From a virus (Duplodnaviria > Caudoviricetes), in the IMG/VR virus record IMGVR_UViG_3300015606_001334, positions 64,001-128,000 of that record: DNA of 64,000 nt, one strand, 5' to 3'. Position numbers and translations under genes: made by a program. Below are positions 54,469 to 62,552 of the stretch, in pieces; positions within the stretch are counted from its first letter, which is position 1, and every line of letters begins with the position of its first letter. Under the pieces are notes generated by a model, which did not search any database, was not told the DNA's origin, and saw only the letters and a program-made list of their open reading frames with translations.

Positions 54469-55578
54469 TTATTTCTTTGGAGCAGAAGGCCCTTCAGTAA
54501 ATGCAACGCCGACCTTCGGCCAGTAAAGCACTGAAGATCCTGCAGGAAGCTTGCGGTTCACAGAAGTCGACTGAATGAAGATGTCGAAGTTTCCATGGTT
54601 TCCAGGAGCAAGCTTCACGTCACCATAATGCGGCAGACCCAACATGTCACGAGCTGCAGAGCCACCGTAAATCATCTTGGTGCCCTTGTCACGAATGACA
54701 ATTTGCTTGTAGTCTTGAACTTTCTTTTCGAGCTTGGTTAGCTCATAGAATGCCGCACCCTTAAGCATGCCGTCAGCCCCAAGACGCTTTTCGCAGAAGT
54801 CTCGAACCTGGATACCGTCTTCTTGAGGAAGGACTGGCCACATGCTAATTTCAGAAGAGATGTCAGTCAAGACACTCTTGACTTCATTTGCAGATACCTT
54901 GGAAAGGTCGGCATAGAAGGTAGAAGTAGAACGAAGACCCTTGGAACGTGCGCCATAGAAGCTGTCCATTGCCGCATTGGTTGCTTGAGTTGCAACTTGA
55001 ACGCCGCGTTCAGTTTGATCCCATTCAAGGATGTTGCCTTCAGGAAGACCAAGGGAAACCAATTGGCGCTTGTAGCCACGCGGAACTCGGAATACGAAGG
55101 TCCAACGATCAGTTGCTTGCAATGCGCGGATTTCCTTGCCAAGAGCAGGACCCGACCATTTACGAGAAGCGTTGTCTTCGCCATCAGTGATCACCATGAT
55201 CAGGAAGGAAACGTCAGGATTGTCGACGTCTGGCACCTTCTTGAAGGCGTCAATCAGCTCGCCGACGGAGTCGAAAAGCGGAGTGCTGTTGCCATTGGCA
55301 TTGTATTGGTCTTCAGGGATCGGTTGGATCGCAAGAATATTGGAGTGGATTGACTCAAACACGTTCTGCGTGTCAGATGAGTAGGTGTTAACCCGATCAT
55401 TCGACAGTCCACGGAAACCACACTTCATCACGCTAACAATCGTATCTTGATTGTGCGCAATTGCTGCTTCACGGATGGATTGGATGTTTGAATTGAAGTC
55501 GCGAGCTGCTGCTCTTGCAATGCTTCTCATGGAAGCGGAATGGTCGCGACTGAAGCCGATGTAATTCTTGATAGTCAT
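54469..55578 (-). CDS. vWA (MIDAS) domain protein
   Basis: RDHSASM, TPLFDS, ITDGEDNAS. Confidence 0.85.
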   Translation of the reverse strand: MTIKNYIGFSRDHSASMRSIARAAARDFNSNIQSIREAAIAHNQDTIVSVMKCGFRGLSNDRVNTYSSDTQNVFESIHSNILAIQPIPEDQYNANGNSTPLFDSVGELIDAFKKVPDVDNPDVSFLIMVITDGEDNASRKWSGPALGKEIRALQATDRWTFVFRVPRGYKRQLVSLGLPEGNILEWDQTERGVQVATQATNAAMDSFYGARSKGLRSTSTFYADLSKVSANEVKSVLTDISSEISMWPVLPQEDGIQVRDFCEKRLGADGMLKGAAFYELTKLEKKVQDYKQIVIRDKGTKMIYGGSAARDMLGLPHYGDVKLAPGNHGNFDIFIQSTSVNRKLPAGSSVLYWPKVGVAFTEGPSAPKK

Positions 55579-55707
55579 AAAAACTCTCCTAAACGGTAAA
55601 CAAAACGAAAAATAAAAACAAACTTACAGATGTATTTATCTTTTCCTGATGAGAATTTTCCTCATATTAAAATTATATCATCGAATTACGACTTCGTAAA
55701 CAAGAAT

Positions 55708-55891
55708 TTACTTCTTGTTTTTAAAGTCCGTTGCATACCATCCAGTACCTTTCAGCGCAAATCCAGCTGAAGACACCTGCTTTTCAAGATCCTTTGAAGC
55801 GCAGTCTGGACAAACTTTGTCCTCTTCTTTTCGTACTAGCTTCTCAAATACTTTGATAAATGAAGTGGTACTTCTTTTGTTTCCTTGGCAT
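55708..55891 (-). pseudogene. chimeric remnant: GIY-YIG-like N-terminus joined out of frame to FmdB-type zinc-ribbon C-terminus
   Basis: MPRKQKKYHFIY then stop; +1 frame FEKL...CPDC...LEK.VS..GF.LKGTGWYATDF has no start. Confidence 0.55.
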
Positions 55892-55951
55892 TCATTTTAC
55901 TCCAAACTCCTTTAGATTTATTTATAGAATGAGGAACAAAATGTTACCGGG

Positions 55952-56023
55952 TGGGTAATGTGGGGATCGAACCCACGACCCGCGGATTTAGAATCCGCTG
56001 CTCTACCATTGAGCTAATTACCC
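55952..56023 (-). tRNA. amber suppressor tRNA (anticodon CTA), CCA not encoded
   Basis: GGGTAAT/ATTACCC, GCTC/GAGC, GCGGA-TTCTAAA-TCCGC, GTGGG-TTCGATC-CCCAC, A73; own early promoter at 56040-56069. Confidence 0.9.
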
Positions 56024-56081
56024 GTAACAAGTTAAGAGAATTATATTCCAATCCTCTCAACTTGTAAACTACTTTTTGAAA

Positions 56082-56282
56082 CTAATCTCCACCACCGCCA
56101 TCAGAGCAAGATGGCGAATCACAAGAAGGAGATGAATCCACCGGTGTAAAACTTGAAACACTTTCGAAAATGTCGGAAGGAGTAGAACTACCGAAACGAG
56201 AGCGATCGCGAGCTTCTGCTACTGCACGATCACGTTTTTGTTTTTCTTCTTCCCTTCGTTTTTGCCACATCCATAGAGACAT
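56082..56282 (-). CDS. small protein with Ser/Gly-rich tail, TAG stop
   Basis: probable start MSLWMW; SSPSCDSPSCSDGGGGD. Confidence 0.6.
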   Translation of the reverse strand: MSLWMWQKRREEEKQKRDRAVAEARDRSRFGSSTPSDIFESVSSFTPVDSSPSCDSPSCSDGGGGD

Positions 56283-56581
56283 TATTTTACTCCATAAAAA
56301 CGGTCCACGAAATCCATAGGCAATGGATATTCCCAATACCCATAGTAGTCACATTTGACAAACCCTGCAGTAAGGCCTTCACAGATCCCAGACGAGAATG
56401 TCAGCTCATCGCCCCGCAAGTAACGCTCGAAAGCCACACGCACATTGGCATCATCATGAGTGTTGTACACATGATCAATTGCTTCTTGTGTTAGTTCGAG
56501 GTATTGAGTTGCTTCTTCGTTGAAGAAGTATTCGGCGACATTGTATAGCCGAGCAGCGGGCGAATCAATTTTCATTTTCAA
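56282..56581 (-). CDS. hypothetical protein
   Basis: early promoter upstream. Confidence 0.6.
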   Translation of the reverse strand: MKMKIDSPAARLYNVAEYFFNEEATQYLELTQEAIDHVYNTHDDANVRVAFERYLRGDELTFSSGICEGLTAGFVKCDYYGYWEYPLPMDFVDRFYGVK

Positions 56582-56641
56582 CTTTTGTGATACTCGAATA
56601 GAGATAGTTGAAATTATAAACTGATTTTGCCTGCGTGTAAA

Positions 56642-56860
56642 CTACTTTTTGTTTTTCTCTTGGCTGTCTTTGAAAGACATCTTCTTATGCGCAAGACCGA
56701 GCTTAAACTGAACGGTCTTGTTTACATACGCCCAGAACTTACCGTCCTCTTTCTCGAACTTCTTTGACGCTTCAGATTTAACCTTGTCCCAGATTTTTTC
56801 GACATCTTCGACTGATTTATCTGCACGTTCGGCGAATGACTTAATTACGGCGTTTGGCAT
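56642..56860 (-). CDS. small basic protein (ChaB-like helical pattern), TAG stop
   Basis: MP...IKS.A....KS...VE..W.K.K...F.AYV. Confidence 0.55.
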   Translation of the reverse strand: MPNAVIKSFAERADKSVEDVEKIWDKVKSEASKKFEKEDGKFWAYVNKTVQFKLGLAHKKMSFKDSQEKNKK

Positions 56861-56879
56861 GGCTTTATTCCAAAAATTC

Positions 56880-57269
56880 TTAGTTGATGCTCTTCAAGAT
56901 TTCAGAGTATGGCTGGGTAACGTCAATCTTAGTTAGCGACTGAAGATCGGCTTCTGGGAAGTCTGCTAGTTGTTCAATCTTTAGAGCTATATTGTTTGCT
57001 TCTTGAACTGCTTGGTGAGCATGAGAGAAATCATAGAACAAGCGAGTTGCAGAGCAATCGTAGAACCAGCTCCAGTAACCTGCTTCATCGTCAAATAGAG
57101 TGTAACGGGTATAGGTTAGGCGGTCTTCAGAAAGGTCGTAATAAGCGCCCCTAAAAGAAGCGTGCTCGGCGCGCTGCTTGAAGAACTGTTCGCTGATGTC
57201 AAGAAATTCTGCTGGTGTGAATTCAACATCGACGCTTGGTCTTACTTGGGTAATTTTTTGAACGAACAT
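56880..57269 (-). CDS. late hypothetical protein
   Basis: TAAGGAG SD, TATAAATA at 57306-57313. Confidence 0.65.
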   Translation of the reverse strand: MFVQKITQVRPSVDVEFTPAEFLDISEQFFKQRAEHASFRGAYYDLSEDRLTYTRYTLFDDEAGYWSWFYDCSATRLFYDFSHAHQAVQEANNIALKIEQLADFPEADLQSLTKIDVTQPYSEILKSIN

Positions 57270-57331
57270 TTTTGATACTCCTTAATGGGAATGCTTTAGT
57301 TTTCTTATTTATACAAGATCTACCAAATCGT

Positions 57332-57994
57332 TCACTGCTGATCGATACTTTGGAGGACCTCATCGTATGAGGTTTCAGAGGTCGCCTTATCGAGAACAAC
57401 CTTGCCACCTCTACCAAAACAAACAATGCGTGTGCTCAACTCCAAAGCTTCATGTATATCATGTGTGATATAAACGACGGTACGATCAGCACAGAACGTC
57501 TTAAGATCTTTACGGATTTGGTGACCGGTGATAGCATCAACTGAGCAAAGAGGCTCATCCATTAAGATCAGTTTTGCGTCTGACGAAAGAGCTCTCGCAA
57601 TTGAAGCTCTTTGCTTCGTGCCGATTGATACTTCTTTTGGGAGCATGTCAAGATACTGGGAGATCTTCATCATCTCTGCGTATTTCTCGACATTAGACTT
57701 ATTCGTAGAACCAAGCTCAATGTTCTTACGAAGGGTCATCCAAGGCAGAATGAAAAAGTCTTGGTATGCAACACCTATCTTCTTTGATGGTCTCGTGACA
57801 ATCTCTCCGTTGATCTTGACAGATCCTTTCGTTGGCTTTACATTCCCAAGTATCGTGTTGAGAAGGACGGTCTTACCGCAACCTGACTTGCCTAAGAAAC
57901 AGACAAATTCTCCCTCATTTATGTTAAGAGAAAAATTCCTATAGATCGTCTTTGTATCAAAGGCGATATTGATGTTTTCAATTTCGATTTGCAT
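57332..57994 (-). CDS. ABC transporter ATP-binding subunit (SsuB/TauB/NrtD-like)
   Basis: GKSGCGKT, Q-loop, VSIGTKQR signature variant, LMDEP, THD. Confidence 0.9.
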   Translation of the reverse strand: MQIEIENINIAFDTKTIYRNFSLNINEGEFVCFLGKSGCGKTVLLNTILGNVKPTKGSVKINGEIVTRPSKKIGVAYQDFFILPWMTLRKNIELGSTNKSNVEKYAEMMKISQYLDMLPKEVSIGTKQRASIARALSSDAKLILMDEPLCSVDAITGHQIRKDLKTFCADRTVVYITHDIHEALELSTRIVCFGRGGKVVLDKATSETSYDEVLQSIDQQ

Positions 57995-57995
57995 G

Positions 57996-58721
57996 TTACG
58001 TCCAGCTCAGAATCTTTTTGCGGGTAAATGAAGTTAGGGTTGCAATCGATAGACCTAAAAATCCAATTACCAAAAGCAGGTAGTAGGTTTTGTCGAAATC
58101 AAGATAGTGCGAACTATCAATTAGTCGATAGCCTAATCCACTAGCAGAACCCAGAAGCTCAGCAAGAATGAGCGTCTTAAAGGCTGAGTTAATGCTGATA
58201 TCGATTCCAGAAATGATAGAAGGCATAGATCCTGGCAGGATAACCTTAGCAAATGCAGAAGGCCAAGTCAATTCAAAATTTCGAATTAGAGGCCGGTACT
58301 TATCAATTGTTTGTTCTACACTGTCAATTGTTACGACTAAAGTTGGAACAGCAGAAACAAGGAACACAATGAAAATTGCCGCTGCTTCTGTAATGCCGAA
58401 GATCATTGTAATCAAAGGAGTTAGCGCCGTGATAGGCATCGCTCTTAAACAATTGATAGATCCGATAAGAAGGCCCTTAATCTTTTTGTTTAGCCCGATT
58501 AGAGTACCAAGAGCTATTGAAAATGGTATTGAGATAGAAAGACCGATTGCAAGCCTCGAAAGGCTTGCAATCACGTCCATCTCAATCTCGTTTGACGTAG
58601 TCCATGTTTTAACAAATGATGCAGCAATTTGCTCAATTGTTGGGAAGTAATGAACATTCAGTATAGTGGCAGTTACCTGCCAGCATACTATCAAAAAGAT
58701 TGGGAAGACGATCTTAATCAT
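57996..58721 (-). CDS. ABC transporter permease (SsuC/TauC-like)
   Basis: SL.R...G, LR..P..AL.P, V.LP...P.I..G, AELLG...GLG. Confidence 0.9.
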   Translation of the reverse strand: MIKIVFPIFLIVCWQVTATILNVHYFPTIEQIAASFVKTWTTSNEIEMDVIASLSRLAIGLSISIPFSIALGTLIGLNKKIKGLLIGSINCLRAMPITALTPLITMIFGITEAAAIFIVFLVSAVPTLVVTIDSVEQTIDKYRPLIRNFELTWPSAFAKVILPGSMPSIISGIDISINSAFKTLILAELLGSASGLGYRLIDSSHYLDFDKTYYLLLVIGFLGLSIATLTSFTRKKILSWT

Positions 58722-59680
58722 TTAGGTGCAGTGAATTTATAGCTTTGGTTGAATTCAGCTGGGACGGTAAAGGTAAGAGGAACCTTATCGATGCTGCGCA
58801 AGAATCGTAGAAGCCCAACGATATGCTCATTTGCCAAAAGCGGAGTTGCTGTATAAGCAATCGAAGTCTTTGGCGGAGTCAATGCCCTGTATCCTGCTGC
58901 TGTTGCGTCGGCTTGGGCCTGCTCAACTTCTTTGATACGCTTTGGATTGTTAACTGCATTCATCATGTCCTGATAGCATGCACGTAGCTTGGTTTCCTTG
59001 TGTTGAGGGAACTTGCTAGTGGTGTACACTGGACGAGTTACCTGCTTGTAGTCTTCAATCAAAACGGCTTTGCCTGAGTCAGTATATTGTTGAGAGAATG
59101 GGTAGGTTGCGTTAAACGCATCAATCAAACCCTGCTCAAAAGCGATTGGTTGGGCATCAGTTTGAAAGTTCACTACCTTAACATCTGCATTGGCACCAGT
59201 GGTAGAAAGACCACGCTTTTCAAATGCATCAGAAATGATCTGTTCGCTATGCTGTCCCTTAAGGATCGCAACTTTCTTACCCTTCAGCGACTGGTAGGTG
59301 TTTAGTCCTGGACGAGAGATAAGAGCAGAACCGCCTGAAGTAACGTTGGCAAACACCCGAATGTCAACACCCTTGCCAGCTGCAACAAGAGCAGAACCCA
59401 AAGTACCAGTTGCGAGGTCAAATCCTTGGCGATCTAATGCTTGAATCATTCCAGAAGACGGATCGAAACCGGCCGAATTTTTTTGGGTATACTGAACGTC
59501 TAGACCTTGCTTTTTGCAGAAGGTTGGAAGAAGACCGAGCAAAGTGTATGGATCAGTATTGCTGCCGATAATCTTTACGACATTGTCATCTTTATTCTGA
59601 GTTGCAGCATTTGCTGAAACAGAATAGCTTGACGCGGCCAAAATTGAGGATAGGACGATGCTTACGATTTTTTTATTCAT
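58718..59680 (-). CDS. ABC transporter substrate-binding protein (SsuA/TauA-like)
   Basis: signal peptide, LKGKKVA, G.IDA. Confidence 0.85.
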   Translation of the reverse strand: MNKKIVSIVLSSILAASSYSVSANAATQNKDDNVVKIIGSNTDPYTLLGLLPTFCKKQGLDVQYTQKNSAGFDPSSGMIQALDRQGFDLATGTLGSALVAAGKGVDIRVFANVTSGGSALISRPGLNTYQSLKGKKVAILKGQHSEQIISDAFEKRGLSTTGANADVKVVNFQTDAQPIAFEQGLIDAFNATYPFSQQYTDSGKAVLIEDYKQVTRPVYTTSKFPQHKETKLRACYQDMMNAVNNPKRIKEVEQAQADATAAGYRALTPPKTSIAYTATPLLANEHIVGLLRFLRSIDKVPLTFTVPAEFNQSYKFTAPK

Positions 59681-60277
59681 TATGATTTACCTTTTCTATG
59701 AAAATTTCATATTCACTTCTAAAACCCTGATGTCTTATCGCTTTTGACACAGATGCGATTTTCGACATCAGGCATAAAGTCTCGCTTTGTTGCTTTCACA
59801 CCATTTATTTCTACGTAGCTTCGAATTTGATCATTGTTTCCAATGTCTCTTTTGAAGTCATCAACGGTTTGTTCCATTAGCAGAAACGGAATAACTTTGT
59901 AAGTCATGATGCTTGCGAGATTATTGTGCTCGACTTCCAAAGAAACCGGGCCAGTTCGTAAATTGCAATCAATAGGAATAAACCTATTTTTGAATGCTAA
60001 AAACTGAAGACCGAAAAATCCTCGATATTCCTTGAAACCAAGGAATGAAAAGAACACATCAATCAGAACTAACAGCTTTTGGAGACCATTCTTGATCGTA
60101 GATTTCAATTAACATTAGATCTTTAGAGTTATTTATCATGATCAGGTATGGCACTTGATCGGTGGCTAAATACTCTTGAATGATGTAATTGCTATTATAA
60201 TACAAATGCTTGACATCTTTAAACTTTTGTTGTGAATACCGGTCCTTTTAATTGAGAAGGAGTAATGCGATTTTCAA
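59673..60277 (-). pseudogene. degraded paralog of the adjacent ATP-grasp gene
   Basis: fragments in different frames: MKIALL, YSQQKFKDVKHL..IIQEY, QF...ID.N.RTGP.S, KTSG / FRSEYEIFIEK. Confidence 0.75.
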
Positions 60278-61311
60278 GTTTCCGGACCATCCAAGAATTT
60301 TTCGACATACACTTCATAGTCGTCGCGAATGGCTCCTGAAGTTTTCTTTTCAACAACCCTAACGCGGTTTGGGTTTTTATAGAAGACTTTTTTGGTCAAG
60401 GTCTCACCATTCAGTTCTGCGTAACTTCGATATCGTTCAAGTGGCTTATTGCTGATGCACTCTTGAAGTGTCTTGTCTCCAACCATGAATGGAACTAGTT
60501 TATAGACTCTTGTATCCATAAGTCCATGAAGCTCAAGTTGACATGAAATTGGACCAGTTCTGGTGTTAAAGTCCATGATGTAGAACTTATCACCTTCAAC
60601 TAGGAACTGGACATTGAATATCGACTTGAGCTTATCGTAACCAATAAACTTTATAAAAGCACGAAGCTTGTCGATTTGTTCCTTGTAATGAGGAATCAGA
60701 TGGGCTTGTGACTCTATATACGCAGAGAAGAATTTTCCATGATGATCTGGAAGATATTCATATTCTACAATATCGCAATTGAATAGCTCTTCACCATTGC
60801 TCACTGTTGAGAACATGATGACTTTTGAGGTTTCATGGTACTCTTGAATTACGAAGCCGGGATGACCAAAGAGGTGTTTCACATCCTTAAACTTTTGCTT
60901 GCTGTAACAATCACTACGCGCAGAATATGATCCGCTTGAAATGCGTGGCTTGACAATCACGTTATCTTCGTCTGAGAAATTGTCAACCCTGAAAGTATCA
61001 AGTCCAAACTCTCTTGCCTTTTGTGCTAGAACATCTTTATCAGCCATATTTGGCAGATCTTTACCTGACTTTTCTAAGATCATGCCAAACAGCTTATCAT
61101 TCATGTGCAGAACAAGATCATAATCCTCGTATTTGAATTGAGGAGCCTGAATGATTTTAGTGTTTGGGTAATTGAGCCATTCAACAGGAGCTTCAGGATT
61201 CTCGCTGAAAATCACGTAAGTGTGCTCATAGCCTAGGCCGTTTTTAATGAAGGCTTCTGCTCGTTTAAAGCTTCCAGTTTGATTAGCTCCGATATATGCG
61301 ACTTTTTTCAT
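60274..61311 (-). CDS. ATP-grasp ligase-like protein
   Basis: ADK, IVKPR..SG, VIQEY, FNVQF, MDFNTR.G. Confidence 0.75.
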   Translation of the reverse strand: MKKVAYIGANQTGSFKRAEAFIKNGLGYEHTYVIFSENPEAPVEWLNYPNTKIIQAPQFKYEDYDLVLHMNDKLFGMILEKSGKDLPNMADKDVLAQKAREFGLDTFRVDNFSDEDNVIVKPRISSGSYSARSDCYSKQKFKDVKHLFGHPGFVIQEYHETSKVIMFSTVSNGEELFNCDIVEYEYLPDHHGKFFSAYIESQAHLIPHYKEQIDKLRAFIKFIGYDKLKSIFNVQFLVEGDKFYIMDFNTRTGPISCQLELHGLMDTRVYKLVPFMVGDKTLQECISNKPLERYRSYAELNGETLTKKVFYKNPNRVRVVEKKTSGAIRDDYEVYVEKFLDGPET

Positions 61312-62290
61312 TTAGTAGTACCGAAAAATTAGGACGTTGTTGTAATTCTGACCAAATTGATTTTGCAAAATTCCAATTTGTGTTAGGACCAAGATGTATT
61401 CCGTCTCTTGAGATGTTGTACGGATATTTATACTCAAAGTTTTGTGCGTCAAAGCTAAAACAAATCTCAGGTGTCAGTCTAGCTTTAGTATGCGGCTTGC
61501 TTTCATCTTGAACAAACGGAGCAACGATATAATGCTCAAGCAATTCTGGGGGAAAGTAATTCTTGAACAGCGAATATTGCGGAATCGTAATTCCTGGAAC
61601 TATCTCATTGATTCGAGACGAACACCATGTAGAGAGAACAAATGGAATACCTTTGGTATCAAGAAATGATTTGAAGAACAGTAAATTGCGAATAGCCTCC
61701 TCGAACCGTTGCAGCTGTGTTATCACGTTCTGATAGTTATGAAACAGGGATTGCTCTGTAAAATTCTTAAACTGCGCATTAGCTGGAGCAAAGTCTAGCC
61801 AACCAAGATCTGTCTTATTGACATACACCAACTCGTTTCTATTTATTGGTGGGATCAAGAAAAATACGAAATCAGGTCTGAATTTCTTATGCTCAATTGT
61901 GATGTAAGTAAACCGTATGCAAGCATCAATACTCGACCCAGCTTTACCGATGTTGAACATCTTTACACCATCGCCAATTTCATTCGAGATAAATGAGTTC
62001 AAATGATGTGACCAAGTATGCTCAACAGGAAGACCAATTCCTTCGGTGACTGAACATCCAGTGTAAAGAATCTTGAAATTTTCTGAGTTGTCAAATTCAG
62101 CAGATCTAAAACCAAATGAATTGAATTGGTATCCAAATTCTATGTCGGAATATGTTCGTATTCCTCTATCTTTTGACACCTCTTTGTATCGATCCGGGTT
62201 ATCAAGCTTATTCCAAATTGAGAATTTCCCAGCTCGCTCTGCAAGATCTGGGCGACAGTAATCTGTCCAAAGAGAATCAAGAGGAATCAT
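61283..62290 (-). CDS. SGNH-hydrolase-like phage protein
   Basis: Y.FNS.GFRS.EF, GCSVT.G.G, NIG..G.S, RDGIH.G. Confidence 0.65.
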   Translation of the reverse strand: MIPLDSLWTDYCRPDLAERAGKFSIWNKLDNPDRYKEVSKDRGIRTYSDIEFGYQFNSFGFRSAEFDNSENFKILYTGCSVTEGIGLPVEHTWSHHLNSFISNEIGDGVKMFNIGKAGSSIDACIRFTYITIEHKKFRPDFVFFLIPPINRNELVYVNKTDLGWLDFAPANAQFKNFTEQSLFHNYQNVITQLQRFEEAIRNLLFFKSFLDTKGIPFVLSTWCSSRINEIVPGITIPQYSLFKNYFPPELLEHYIVAPFVQDESKPHTKARLTPEICFSFDAQNFEYKYPYNISRDGIHLGPNTNWNFAKSIWSELQQRPNFSVLLNEKSRIYRS

Positions 62291-62552
62291 TATTCGGTTA
62301 TCCTTTCGATGTACGTGTCATAGTCACGTCTAAATGTTCCAGAGGTTTTTGCAATGCTAATGCACATCCTATTGCCAAAGTTTGGGGTAAACTCTTTGTT
62401 TGTCGCAATCTTGCCATCCGCTTCCACATAACCGTGATATCGCTCGTACTTCGCCGGAATTTCAAGGTGTTCTTGACATTCCTTGTTACCAAGGAAAAAT
62501 GGAATAGCCTTATACATTCTGGTAAAAAGGCAATTTTGATCTGCGATTCCAT
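62290..62552 (-). pseudogene. internally deleted paralog of the ATP-grasp gene
   Basis: MESQIKIAF start out of frame with TRMYKAIPF..G...ERY..Y.E...KTSG.FR.DY..YIE. Confidence 0.65.

Noticed and set aside
59719-59721. TAG as amber readthrough site in the ATP-grasp paralog
   Set aside because: The homologous C-terminus continues in a different frame, so this is a frameshift rather than a suppressible stop
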